The position numbers and the translations under genes were made by a program. Positions 9,764-19,274 of a DNA stretch of 64,000 nucleotides are shown here, one piece after another. The stretch is from an uncultured Gemmatimonadales bacterium (GTDB taxonomy: Bacteria; Gemmatimonadota; Gemmatimonadetes; Gemmatimonadales; GWC2-71-9): NCBI GenBank assembly GCA_963825055.1, contig CAWGSK010000002.1, positions 128,001 to 192,000 of the forward strand, given 5' to 3'. The notes under the pieces are model-generated. The model was not told the origin of the DNA and searched no databases. It saw only the letters and a program-made list of their open reading frames with translations. The stretch's first letter is position 1. Every line of letters starts with the position of its first letter.

Positions 9764-10093
9764 TCCGCCCATGACAATCACCATGACCGTCCGCTCCAGC
9801 GCGCGCTCGACACCGTGGGGCACGCCGGCCGGCGCCCAGACCACCTCGCCCGGTCCAGCCTCGATACGCTCATCTCCCACCCGCAGCACCGCTCGCCCCT
9901 CCAGGACGAGATACGCCTTGTCCGCCCCGTCGTGCGCGTGCACCCGCTGCGCCTGGCCCGGCTCGAAGGCGTTCACCCCGACGAACAGGTGATCGCCTGC
10001 GAAAAGGTCCGCCTTCACCCCCTTGTCCGTCCGCTCCGTCGCCTCAACCGCGCGGCGGGCCTCGCCCGTGACCGACTTGCAATACTCCGGCAT
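9755..10093 (-). CDS. Cupin-domain protein (112 aa)
   Basis: HAHDGADKAYLVLEG and PAGVPHGV cupin motifs. SD GGAAGGG upstream of ATG 10093. It is the C-terminal end of the spurious 636-aa ORF in the track. Confidence 0.85.
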   Translation of the reverse strand: MPEYCKSVTGEARRAVEATERTDKGVKADLFAGDHLFVGVNAFEPGQAQRVHAHDGADKAYLVLEGRAVLRVGDERIEAGPGEVVWAPAGVPHGVERALERTVMVIVMGGSR

Positions 10094-10159
10094 CGCATTT
10101 CCCTTCCGTCCCGTGGGCCGGCCGGGTGGCCGGCCGATCATCCCCAACCTCTGACTGCC

Positions 10160-11569
10160 ATGAACACACGCACTGAAAAAGATCCCCTCGGCGAGAAGCA
10201 GGTTCCCGCTGACGCCCTCTACGGTATCCAGACGCTGCGCGCCCGGGAGAACTTCCCGATCTCCGGGCTCCGCCCGCTTCCCGCCTTTGTGGATGCGATG
10301 GTCTGGATCAAGCGTTCGGCGGCACTCACGCACAGGAAGACGGGGCGCCTCGAGGCCCGGCTGGCCGATGCCATTGTCCAGGCGGCCGACGAGGTGCTGG
10401 AGGGCGGGCATCGCGATCAGTTCGTGGTCGACCCGTACCAGGCGGGGGCGGGCACGAGTCACAACATGAACGTTAATGAGGTCCTCGCGAACCGGGCCAA
10501 CGAGATCCTCGGGGCCGGGCGCGGGGTGTACAAGCCGGTGCACCCGAACGACCACGTCAACATGGCACAGAGTACGAACGACACGATCCCGACCGCGATG
10601 CGGCTGGCTACGCTGGCGACCCTGCCGGCACTGCTCGAGGCGATCGACGGCCTCGGGAAGGCCTTTATCGACCGGGGCCGCGCCTTCGACCACATCGTGA
10701 AATCGGGCCGCACGCACCTCCAGGACGCCACCCCGATTCGGCTGGGACAGGAGTTCACGGCCTACGGACACACCGTCGCCCGCCACCGGCAGAAACTGGC
10801 CGAGGCCGCCGACTGGCTCCGTGCGCTCAACATCGGGGGGTCCGCGGTCGGCACGGGACTCAACGTGGAGCCGGCCTACCCCGCGCTCATGGTGGAACAC
10901 CTGCGCGAGATCACGGGGCTCGATGTGCGCGAGGGCGAGGACCGTGTCCAGCTGATGCAGTCGATGGGAGACATCGCCTCGTTCAGCGGCGCCCTGCGCG
11001 CGTATGTCCTGGACCTGAACAAGATCGCGAACGACATCCGGTTGCTGGCGAGCGGCCCGCGCACCGGCCTGGCCGAAATCGTCCTGCCGGAAGTGCAGCC
11101 GGGCTCGAGCATCATGCCCGGGAAGGTGAACCCGAGCATCGCGGAGATGGTGAACCAGGTCTGCTACCAGGCACTCGGGCTGGACGTGACCGTCGCCCTG
11201 GCCGCCGAGGCCGGCCAGCTCGAGCTGAACGTGATGATGCCTGTAATCACCCACAACATCGTCTTCGCGGTAATGATCGTGGGTAACGCCACGCGGGTCT
11301 TCGACGAGCGCTGTGTGCGCGGCATCGAGGCCGACGAGAAACAGTGCGCGCACTGGCTGGAACGCAGCCCCGCCCTCGTCACCGCCCTGGCCCCGAAGAT
11401 CGGTTACGCGGAGGCGGCCCGCCTCGCCAAGGAAGCACTCAAGACGGGGCTCACCGTCCGGGAACTGGTAGTGCAGAAGAAGGTCCTGGAAGGACCGGAG
11501 CTGGACAGGATTCTGGACCTCCGCGCAATGACCGAGCCGGGGGTGCCGGGGGGTGGGGAAAAGCGTTGA
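10160..11569 (+). CDS. aspA: Aspartate ammonia-lyase / class II fumarase family
   Basis: RTEKDPLG, YGIQTLRA, GAGTSHNMN, SGRTHLQDA, GSSIMPGKVNP. AspA versus FumC is not certain. Confidence 0.85.
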   Translation: MNTRTEKDPLGEKQVPADALYGIQTLRARENFPISGLRPLPAFVDAMVWIKRSAALTHRKTGRLEARLADAIVQAADEVLEGGHRDQFVVDPYQAGAGTSHNMNVNEVLANRANEILGAGRGVYKPVHPNDHVNMAQSTNDTIPTAMRLATLATLPALLEAIDGLGKAFIDRGRAFDHIVKSGRTHLQDATPIRLGQEFTAYGHTVARHRQKLAEAADWLRALNIGGSAVGTGLNVEPAYPALMVEHLREITGLDVREGEDRVQLMQSMGDIASFSGALRAYVLDLNKIANDIRLLASGPRTGLAEIVLPEVQPGSSIMPGKVNPSIAEMVNQVCYQALGLDVTVALAAEAGQLELNVMMPVITHNIVFAVMIVGNATRVFDERCVRGIEADEKQCAHWLERSPALVTALAPKIGYAEAARLAKEALKTGLTVRELVVQKKVLEGPELDRILDLRAMTEPGVPGGGEKR

Positions 11570-11709
11570 CGAGTTGAGTCGAGTTGAATCGTTGAGTCGT
11601 TGAGTCGTTGAGTCGTTGAGTCGTTGAATCGTTTGAACCGTGATTGTTGCCGGGAACAATACCACTACTCAACGACTTAACCGCTCAACCACTCAACCAC
11701 TCCACCAAC
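11565..11709. repeat. Inverted pair of 8-mer tandem arrays (GTTGAGTC / reverse complement)
   Basis: Left arm: four perfect GTTGAGTC at 11591-11622 plus flanking variants. Right arm: five degenerate GACTCAAC-type units at 11666-11705. Confidence 0.95.
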
Positions 11710-11739
11710 GCCCCCCCCGTCGCCATCTATATTTCCCCC

Positions 11740-12873
11740 ATGCCCCTCACCCAGCCCGAACTCCTCCGCTACTCCCGTCACCTGCTCCTGCCCGAGGTCG
11801 GCCTCGCGGGGCAGGAGAAGCTGCGTGCGGGGCGCGTGCTGCTGGTGGGGGCCGGCGGCCTCGGATCGCCGGCCGCGCTCTACCTGGCCGCCGCCGGAGT
11901 GGGGACGATCGGGCTGGTGGACGCGGACCGGGTCGAGGCGTCGAACCTCCAGCGACAGGTGCTGCACGGGACGGGCGACATCGGCCGCCCGAAAGTGGAA
12001 AGCGGCGCGGCGCGCATTGCTGACGTGAATCCTCACGTCCTGGTCCGGCAGCACGGCGAGCGGCTCACGTCGGCCAACGCGCTCGGAGTCCTCAGCGATT
12101 ACGATATCGTCCTGGACGGCAGCGACAATTTCCCCACCCGGTATCTCATCAATGACGCCTGTGTAATGCTGGGCCTGCCCGACGTGTATGGGAGCATTCA
12201 CCGCTTCGAGGGGCAGGTCAGCGTGTTCGACGCGGCACGCGGTCCCTGCTATCGGTGCCTCTTTGCCGAACCGCCCCCACCGGGCCTCGTGCCGGGATGC
12301 GCGGAGGCCGGGGTCCTCGGCGTGCTGCCGGGGATCATCGGAACCCTCCAGGCGCTGGAGGCGATCAAGTTCCTCCTTGGCGCCGGGGACAGCCTCGTGG
12401 GCCGGCTGGTGCTGTTCGACGCGCTCCGGTTCTCCTTCCGGGAGCTGCAGCTCCGGAAGGACCCGGACTGCCCGGTATGCGGAACACGCCCGACAGTGAC
12501 GTCGCTCATCGATTACGAGGCGTTCTGCGGCCTGCACGAAGACGGCGGAGTCGCCGACATCGAAATCACCCCGGCGGAACTGGCCGCGCTCGGCAACGCG
12601 CAGGACGGCCCGCAGGTCGTGGACGTACGCGAACCGGGCGAGTACGCGCTGGTGCGGCTTCCCGGCTCGGTTCTCATTCCCCTGGGAGAACTCGCGGCCC
12701 GACTCGGTGAACTGGATTCCACCCGGCCTGTCGTCGCGCTGTGCCACCACGGCGCCCGTTCGCGGACGGCCGTGGAACTCCTGCGCGCGGCGGGATTCTC
12801 CGATGTACGGAACCTGCAGGGCGGGATCGATGCCTGGGCCCGGGAGGTCGAGCCGGGGATGACGAGATATTGA
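11740..12873 (+). CDS. moeB: MoeB/ThiF adenylyltransferase with C-terminal rhodanese domain
   Basis: RYSRH, GAGGLG, SNLQRQ, CYRC and CPVC zinc motifs, rhodanese CHHGARS. Confidence 0.93.
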   Translation: MPLTQPELLRYSRHLLLPEVGLAGQEKLRAGRVLLVGAGGLGSPAALYLAAAGVGTIGLVDADRVEASNLQRQVLHGTGDIGRPKVESGAARIADVNPHVLVRQHGERLTSANALGVLSDYDIVLDGSDNFPTRYLINDACVMLGLPDVYGSIHRFEGQVSVFDAARGPCYRCLFAEPPPPGLVPGCAEAGVLGVLPGIIGTLQALEAIKFLLGAGDSLVGRLVLFDALRFSFRELQLRKDPDCPVCGTRPTVTSLIDYEAFCGLHEDGGVADIEITPAELAALGNAQDGPQVVDVREPGEYALVRLPGSVLIPLGELAARLGELDSTRPVVALCHHGARSRTAVELLRAAGFSDVRNLQGGIDAWAREVEPGMTRY

Positions 12874-12948
12874 AGTCGAGAGGTCAGGAGGGCAGGAGCG
12901 AGGGTTGAGAGGTGGAGCACTCCAGCGTCGGAGGACCAGTGCCGGTGC

Positions 12949-12978
12949 TTGACGGCGGACGTCCGAATCATCTACCTT
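12949..12978 (+). promoter_or_regulatory. Sigma70-type promoter for tRNA-Leu
   Basis: TTGACG-N18-TACCTT, ending 11 nt before the tRNA. Confidence 0.6.
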
Positions 12979-12989
12979 GCCCGCCGCTC

Positions 12990-13075
<86 letters not shown>

Positions 13076-13094
13076 GGACGGTCATGAAGTCGGG

Positions 13095-13129
13095 AGGTCG
13101 GGAGGTCCTTCAGGATCTTCCGACCTTTT
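13095..13129 (+). terminator. Intrinsic terminator after tRNA-Leu
   Basis: AGGTCGGGAGGTCC-TTCA-GGATCTTCCGACCT followed by TTT. Confidence 0.7.
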
Positions 13130-13175
13130 GCTTGCGCCCGCCTCCCGACATCCAGCCCTCCCGACGCCCGCCGCG

Positions 13176-13204
13176 TTGACCCTGCCGAACTGCAATCCTA
13201 TCTT
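13176..13204 (+). promoter_or_regulatory. Sigma70-type promoter for smpB
   Basis: TTGACC-N17-TATCTT. Confidence 0.7.
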
Positions 13205-13221
13205 GACGTTACGAGATCCTG

Positions 13222-13701
13222 ATGTCGACACGCGCGGCCGAGCCCGGGGAGGGCAAGCATTCGATTGCCCGCAACCCGAGGGCAACGCACGACTACCACG
13301 TCCTCGAGACCTGGGAGGCGGGCATCGTGCTGACCGGTACCGAGGTCAAGTCGCTGCGTAACGGGAAGGCGTCCATCAAGGAGGCCTTTGCGCGTCTCCG
13401 CAATGGGGAAGTCTTCCTCGAGGGCATGAACATCACCCCCTACGAACAGGGGAACCGCCACAATCACCCCCCGGTGCGTTCCCGCAAGCTCCTCCTGCAC
13501 CGCCGGGAGATCGAGCGGCTCATCGGGGCGGTGGAACAGAAGGGCCTGACACTGGTGCCGCTGGAACTGTATTTCCGGAACGGGAAGGCCAAGATCGTCA
13601 TCGCGCTGGGCCGCGGGAAAAAACAGCACGACCGCCGCGAGGACATCAAGCGCCGCATCGCCGACCGCGAGGTCGCCCGGGCCATCAAGAGGCGCCGATG
13701 A
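13222..13701 (+). CDS. smpB: SsrA-binding protein
   Basis: EAGIVLTGTEVKSLR, RKLLLHRREI, GKKQHDRRE. Confidence 0.97.
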   Translation: MSTRAAEPGEGKHSIARNPRATHDYHVLETWEAGIVLTGTEVKSLRNGKASIKEAFARLRNGEVFLEGMNITPYEQGNRHNHPPVRSRKLLLHRREIERLIGAVEQKGLTLVPLELYFRNGKAKIVIALGRGKKQHDRREDIKRRIADREVARAIKRRR

Positions 13702-14897
13702 TCGCGCTCCTGGCCGCCGTCTCGCTGGTCGCCGGGCCTCCCAATGGCGTTCCCGACGCTCTCACCATCACCACCACCCGCGGCGAGGTCCGGGTCGAGG
13801 TTCGTACCGACGGGACAGGCGCGCCCGTGCTGCCCGCCCGCCGGTTCGCCCGCGCGATGGGCGCCGAGGTCGAGCTTGATAACGGCTGGCTGGTGTTCAC
13901 CATTGCCCGGCAGCCGTTCCGGTTCCTCCTCGGCGCGCCGGTCTACACCTCGCAGCGCATCCTGCACCCCCTGGCCGGCAGCGCGGTCATCTTCCAGGAC
14001 ACGCTGTACCTCCCCTACCAGTTCGCCGCCGAAGTCCTGCCCCGGGTGTTCTCGGAGCGGTACCGCTACGACGCGGCCGCGGGACGGCTGCTCGAGGCCG
14101 GGGCCATCGTGATGCGGTCGACGGCGCCCGAACCGCAGCGGCTCCCCAACGGACTCCTGCCGGGCCACCTCGTGACCATCGACCCCGGTCATGGCGGGGT
14201 GGACCCCGGGAACCCGGGGCTGTTCTTCCCGCGCGGTGTCCACGAGAAGGACGTCGTGCTGCAGATCGGGCTCCTCCTGCGGAAGGAACTGCAGGAGCGC
14301 GGCATCAAGGTCCGGATGACCAGGAGCACCGACACGCTGATCGCCCTCGGCGAGCGCGGCGGATACTGCACCGAGACCTGCGACCTGTTCGTCAGCCTGC
14401 ACGTGAACTCGCTCGAGAAGCGACGCGGCTACACCGACGTGCGCGGGTTCGAAACGTATTTGCTGGCGGAGGCGAAGACTGAAGACGCCCGGCGTGTGGC
14501 CCGGATGGAGAACGATGCCGTGCGCTTCGAGGGCGGTCCGTCGCCGGGGGAGGGGCTCTCGGCGCTCGACTTCATCCTCAAGGATCTCCAGCTGAACGAG
14601 CACCTGCGCGAGTCCGCCCGCCTCGCCGAACTCATGCAGTCCCGGCTCGACCCGGTGCACACCGGGGACAATCGCGGCGTGAAGCAGGCCGGGTTCATGG
14701 TCCTGACCACGGCCCGCCGTCCCGCGGTCCTGGTGGAACTCGGGTACAGCACCAACCGCGGCGACAGCCGCATCCTCACCGAGCCGTCGAGCCAGCGCGC
14801 GCTCGCCGCCGCCATTGCTGATGCGGTCGTGGACTACCTGCGAGAATACGAGCGCAAGACGACGCCCGCGCCCCTCACCGTGGGCGGACGGCCATGA
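13698..14897 (+). CDS. N-acetylmuramoyl-L-alanine amidase (Amidase_3)
   Basis: IDPGHGGVDPG, EKD, FVSLHVN, GFETY, PAVLVELGY. N-terminal signal-like segment. Confidence 0.92.
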   Translation: MIALLAAVSLVAGPPNGVPDALTITTTRGEVRVEVRTDGTGAPVLPARRFARAMGAEVELDNGWLVFTIARQPFRFLLGAPVYTSQRILHPLAGSAVIFQDTLYLPYQFAAEVLPRVFSERYRYDAAAGRLLEAGAIVMRSTAPEPQRLPNGLLPGHLVTIDPGHGGVDPGNPGLFFPRGVHEKDVVLQIGLLLRKELQERGIKVRMTRSTDTLIALGERGGYCTETCDLFVSLHVNSLEKRRGYTDVRGFETYLLAEAKTEDARRVARMENDAVRFEGGPSPGEGLSALDFILKDLQLNEHLRESARLAELMQSRLDPVHTGDNRGVKQAGFMVLTTARRPAVLVELGYSTNRGDSRILTEPSSQRALAAAIADAVVDYLREYERKTTPAPLTVGGRP

Positions 14898-16262
14898 GGC
14901 GGCTTGCCCTGGCGGCGCTCGTGCTGGTTGGCGGGTGCGTGTACTACAACGGCATGTACCGCGCCGTGCACCTGGCGGACGACGCGGAAAAGGCGGAACG
15001 TGAAGGCCGGACGATTCAGGCCCAGAATCTGTGGGGCCAGGTCGGGGTGAAGGCCGATACGGTGCTCGCCCGCCACCCGGACAGCAAATGGGCGGACGAC
15101 GCCCTGTACCTGAGCGCAAGGAGCCGGGAGCGGCTCGGCGACTGCACCAGCGCGGTGGATGCCCTCCAGCGCCTGCTTGCCATTTCCCCCGACCCGGATC
15201 TGCGCGAGCGCGCGACATTCCTGCTCGGTACCTGCTGGCAGCAGCTGGGGAATACGCGCCAGGCCTCGGAGGCGTTTGCCCAGCTGGTCAATTCCGCCGA
15301 TTCCGCCCAGCGGAACGAGGCGCTTTTCCAGCACGGGCGCTCGCTCCGGCTCGGCGGGCGCTATGCCGAGGCCCTGGAAATGCTGGCGCGAACGAGCCAC
15401 CCGGAAGCAGTGGGTGAGCGGGCTGCTGCGCTCGCCGGCCTGGGCCGGCTGGAGGAATCGCGGGCGACGACGGATTCGCTGATCGAGGACGTCGCGGTTG
15501 CCGCCCCATGGGACAGCATCATCGCCCTGGGAGGCCGGCACGACCCCGAGTGGTCAACTGCGCTGGTCGACCGCCTGATCGCGATGCCCGGCGTGACGCC
15601 GGAGCAGAAGTCCCGCTGGCTGGTGGAAAACGGCCGGCTCCTCTCCGACCAGGACATGTCGCAAATCCCTGCAACGCCTGGCGATGGCGGATTCCGTCGG
15701 GCAGGGGACCGAGGCGGGGCAGCAGGCGCGGCTGGCCACCCTGCACATCCGGCTCGAGCACACCACCGACTCCGCCGGCCTCGCCACGCTCCTCAGGGAC
15801 TATGGCGCGCTCGGCCAGGTGGGCGGGGCGGTGGGCGGCGACGCGCAGCGGACCGCCATGACGTTGTATGGAGTAACCGGTGTGCTCGATTCGGTGACGC
15901 CGGAGACGCGCGAGGGGGACATGCAACTGTTCATCGCGGCCGAAGCCGCGCGAGACACGCTGCGGGCTCCCCGGCTTGCCGAGGTCGCCTTCCGGCGGAT
16001 CCTCCAGGACTTTGACGATTCTCCCTACGCGCCGAAAGCCCTGCTCGCCCTCACGGCGCTCGGGGCCGTTCCCGCCGATTCCACGGCGAGTGCGCTCTCC
16101 CTCAACTGGCCGGGCAGCCCCTACCTTGCGCTGCTGGAAGGGGAACCGGCACCGGCATACACCCAACTCGAGGACTCGCTCAAGCGGTTCAGTGTGCGGT
16201 TCCGCGCCGAGGTGCGCCGGGCTAACGTCGGCAAGCCACTCCCGGGCCGGGAAGTCCATTGA
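14894..16262 (+). pseudogene. TPR-repeat lipoprotein with an apparent frameshift near 15650-15666
   Basis: Lipobox VGGC-VYYN and TPR motifs (SKWADDALY). The first frame turns to low-complexity sequence after about 15660, while another frame continues SLQRLAMADSVG...SPYAPKALLAL to a stop overlapping pyrD. Confidence 0.7.
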
Positions 16263-17131
16263 GCGCCGCGACCTCCCGCGAGGTCTTCGGCGCCACCTTC
16301 CAGAATCCCGTGCTCCTGGCCGCCGGCACCGCCGGGTATGGCCGGGAACTTGACGGCGTGATGGATCTCGACCGGCTCGGCGGGATCGTGACCAAGGCGG
16401 TTTCCGTCGAACCTCGCGCGGGCAACCCTCCGCCCCGTGTTGCCGAGTTTCGCGGCGGCATGCTGAATTCCGTCGGACTGGCGAACCCCGGTCTCGCCGC
16501 AGTGGTCGCCGAAGACCTCCCCTGGCTCGCCGGGCGGCTCCAGCACGCCCGGATCGTCGTGAACGTCGTCGGCTTCACGGTCGAGGAGTACGGTCGTGTG
16601 ATCGAGGGGCTGGAGGACGTCCCCGGCATCTGCGCGTACGAGTTGAATCTCTCCTGCCCGAACACCAGTGCGGGCGGTATCGAGTTCGGCGCCGATCCGG
16701 CCTCGGTGCGTGAGGTCGTGACGGATTGCCGCGGCCGCACGTCCCGGGCGGTGGTGGCCAAACTCTCGCCGGTCCTGCCCGACCCTGGGGGCATCGCCAG
16801 GGTGGCGCGTGATGCCGGGGCCGACGGGGCCACGGTCGTAAACACGCTGCCGGGCTCGCTCGATGACAGCAGGGGCCGGTCCCGCCTTGGCCGGCCGTGG
16901 GGAGGGGTCAGCGGCCCGGCCCTGCTCCCGGTTGGTCTGGCCGCCGTGCGGCGCGTGCGCGAGCAGCTGGGCGACTGGCCGGTCATCGGGGTCGGTGGGG
17001 TGCGCACCGCCGCCGACGTGCGCGCCTACCTCCGGGCCGGCGCGTCCCTCGTCGCCATCGGGACCGCTGCCCTGGCGGACCCCCACCTTCCCGAGCGCAT
17101 TGTCACGGATCTGGAACGCCATGGCCTGTGA
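16259..17131 (+). CDS. pyrD: Dihydroorotate dehydrogenase, family 1 (TTG start)
   Basis: NPVLLAAGT, GNPPPRVAE, NSVGLANPG, ELNLSCPN, KLSP, GGVSG. Confidence 0.93.
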   Translation: MSAATSREVFGATFQNPVLLAAGTAGYGRELDGVMDLDRLGGIVTKAVSVEPRAGNPPPRVAEFRGGMLNSVGLANPGLAAVVAEDLPWLAGRLQHARIVVNVVGFTVEEYGRVIEGLEDVPGICAYELNLSCPNTSAGGIEFGADPASVREVVTDCRGRTSRAVVAKLSPVLPDPGGIARVARDAGADGATVVNTLPGSLDDSRGRSRLGRPWGGVSGPALLPVGLAAVRRVREQLGDWPVIGVGGVRTAADVRAYLRAGASLVAIGTAALADPHLPERIVTDLERHGL

Positions 17132-17804
17132 GATAATTGTCGCCCTCGATGTCCCCAGCTCCCGGGAGGCCCTGCCCCTCGTGGACAGCCTGCCCCGACT
17201 GGCCTGGGTCAAGGTCGGCTCCGTGCTCATGACCCGGGAGGGTCCCGGCCTGGTCCGGCAGCTCCTCGACCGGGGGCTCAACGTCTTCCTCGACCTCAAG
17301 TGGCACGATATTCCCAACACCGTCGCCGGCGCGGTGGCGGCTGCCAGTGACATGGGCATCCGGATGGCCACCGTGCACGCCCTTGGAGGGCGCCCCATGA
17401 TGGAGGCGGCCGCGCGGGCGGCGGGCTCCGGACTGGGGCTCGTCGGGGTGACAGTGCTGACCTCTCACGATGACAAGGGATATGCGGGTGCGACTGGCAG
17501 GGACAGCGTGAACCTGCTCCAGGAAGTGGAGCGGCAGAGCCGGAATGCCATGGATGCGGGTCTACGCGGGGTCGTGTGCTCCCCCCTCGAGGTGGCCGTG
17601 GTACGCGGGGCGATCGGACCCGGCGGGTGGATAGTCGTGCCGGGCATCCGTCGCGCCGGGGATCAGGCGGGGGACCAGGCCCGGGTTGCCACGCCGGCGG
17701 ATGCGGTCCGGGCCGGGGCCACCCACCTGGTGGTGGGTCGGCCGGTGCTGGAAGCCGCGGAGCCGGCCGCCGCGTTTCAATCCATCCTGGAGGAGATCGC
17801 GTGA
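17121..17804 (+). CDS. pyrF: Orotidine-5'-phosphate decarboxylase
   Basis: IVALD, FLDLKWHDIPNTV, VTVLTS, PGIR, VVGRP. Confidence 0.95.
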   Translation: MACEIIVALDVPSSREALPLVDSLPRLAWVKVGSVLMTREGPGLVRQLLDRGLNVFLDLKWHDIPNTVAGAVAAASDMGIRMATVHALGGRPMMEAAARAAGSGLGLVGVTVLTSHDDKGYAGATGRDSVNLLQEVERQSRNAMDAGLRGVVCSPLEVAVVRGAIGPGGWIVVPGIRRAGDQAGDQARVATPADAVRAGATHLVVGRPVLEAAEPAAAFQSILEEIA

Positions 17805-18238
17805 GCCGGGCCCTCTGGCTGGCGGTGGGGCTCGTTCTGGCCTCGACCGCCGGTGCCGGCGCGCAGGCCGCCCATGTGGCCGGTCCGGACCTCGCGAGGC
17901 TGGCCGACGGTGCCGCCAGGGCCGTCGGGTCCCAGGACGGCGCCGGACTGGTGTCGGGCGTGCCCCGCCTCGTGATCCAGCTGCCGGGTGTGGAACCTTC
18001 CGGCCCCGTGGACCGGCCCCAGGCCGTGGCCCTGCTCAAGGGGTTCTTCCAGGGGGCGGTGGAGGAAGGCACGGTGGTCCGGGCGGCCCGGGAGGTCGGG
18101 GCGGGGCGGGGGCTGGTCGAGCTGGTTCGCCGGTACCGGACGAGGGGAACCCAGACCATCCGGGAGCAGGCGATTCTTCTGGGGTATCGGCTGGAGGAGT
18201 CCGGCTGGCGCCTGGTGGAGCTCCGGGTGGAGCACTAG
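17801..18238 (+). CDS. Hypothetical exported protein
   Basis: GTGA overlap with pyrF, SD GGAGGAG, Sec-type signal peptide (AGA-Q). Confidence 0.7.
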   Translation: MSRALWLAVGLVLASTAGAGAQAAHVAGPDLARLADGAARAVGSQDGAGLVSGVPRLVIQLPGVEPSGPVDRPQAVALLKGFFQGAVEEGTVVRAAREVGAGRGLVELVRRYRTRGTQTIREQAILLGYRLEESGWRLVELRVEH

Positions 18239-18244
18239 CTTTTC

Positions 18245-18296
18245 CCCTGTCCGCCCTGTCCGCCCTGTCCGCCCTGTCCGCCCTGTCCGCCCTGCC
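18245..18296. repeat. 9-mer tandem repeat (CCCTGTCCG)x5 plus a partial unit
   Basis: Five perfect copies at 18245-18289. Confidence 0.97.
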
Positions 18297-18308
18297 AATC
18301 ACCTTGCC

Positions 18309-18337
18309 TTGCATACGGTTTTGGGGCCAGCTATATT
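18309..18337 (+). promoter_or_regulatory. Sigma70-type promoter of the rpmJ-alpha operon
   Basis: TTGCAT-N17-TATATT. Confidence 0.72.
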
Positions 18338-18375
18338 GACAAGCTAACCCTGAAACCGGTCATCTGGAGAGCAGT

Positions 18376-18492
18376 GTGAAGGTACGTTCTAGTGTCAAGC
18401 CAATCTGCGAGCATTGCAAGGTGATCCGCCGCCGCGGGGTGGTGCGCATCATCTGCAAGCGGAATCCCAAGCACAAGCAGCGGCAGGGTTAA
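18376..18492 (+). CDS. rpmJ: 50S ribosomal protein L36 (zinc-binding type), missing from the ORF track
   Basis: GTG start, [38 protein letters not shown]. Confidence 0.97.
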   Translation: MKVRSSVKPICEHCKVIRRRGVVRIICKRNPKHKQRQG

Positions 18493-18493
18493 C

Positions 18494-18874
18494 ATGGCGC
18501 GAATCGCTGGTGTGGACCTGCCGCGCGAGAAGCGCGTGGAAGCCGCTCTCACGTACATCTACGGGATCGGGCAGTCGACGAGCACCCGGATCCTGACGGA
18601 GACGGGTGTCAACCCGGACAGTCGCGTGCGCGACCTCACGGACGCGGAAGTGGCGCGGCTCCGGCAGTACATCGAGCGCACGCTCCGGGTCGAAGGCGCG
18701 CTCCGGACCGAAGTGGCCATGAACATCAAGCGATTGATGGACATCGGCAGTTATCGCGGGATCCGTCACCGCCGGGGCCTCCCCGTGCGCGGGCAGCGGA
18801 CCCACACCAACGCGCGGACCAAGAAGGGGCCGCGTCGGGCCATCGCGGGCAAGAAGAAGGCGACGAAGAAGTAA
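18494..18874 (+). CDS. rpsM: 30S ribosomal protein S13
   Basis: [26 protein letters not shown]. Confidence 0.98.
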   Translation: MARIAGVDLPREKRVEAALTYIYGIGQSTSTRILTETGVNPDSRVRDLTDAEVARLRQYIERTLRVEGALRTEVAMNIKRLMDIGSYRGIRHRRGLPVRGQRTHTNARTKKGPRRAIAGKKKATKK

Positions 18875-18875
18875 T

Positions 18876-19271
18876 ATGACTCCACCAAGCCGCACGGGGG
18901 GCGCGAAGCGCTCCAAGAAGGTCGTCGAGTCCGAGGGCGTGGCCCACATCTCGGCGACGTTCAACAACGTCCTGATCACGATCACCGATTCGCACGGCAA
19001 CACGGTCAGCTGGGGATCCGCCGGCAAGGCGGGCTTCAAGGGCTCGAAGAAGTCCACGCCGTTCGCCGCCACCGTGGCGGCCGAGAACTGCGCCCGGGAA
19101 GCCATGAACCTCGGCATGCGCCGGGTGCACGTCCGGGTCCAGGGCCCGGGCAGCGGTCGCGAGTCGGCCATTCAGGCGCTGGCATCGGCCGGCCTCCGGG
19201 TGCTCAGCATCCGCGACGTCACGCCGATCCCCCACAACGGTTGCCGCCCGCCCAAGAAGCGGAGGGTCTGA
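18876..19271 (+). CDS. rpsK: 30S ribosomal protein S11
   Basis: [31 protein letters not shown]. Confidence 0.98.
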   Translation: MTPPSRTGGAKRSKKVVESEGVAHISATFNNVLITITDSHGNTVSWGSAGKAGFKGSKKSTPFAATVAAENCAREAMNLGMRRVHVRVQGPGSGRESAIQALASAGLRVLSIRDVTPIPHNGCRPPKKRRV

Positions 19272-19274
19272 GGC

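Noticed and set aside
9755..11665. 636-aa minus-strand ORF with TTQRLNDS repeats
   Set aside because: It chains the translated 8-mer array, the antisense of aspA and a real cupin. Only 9755-10093 is kept as a gene.
11565..11710. Possible CRISPR array
   Set aside because: The units are 8-nt tandem repeats without unique spacers, and there are no cas genes in the window.
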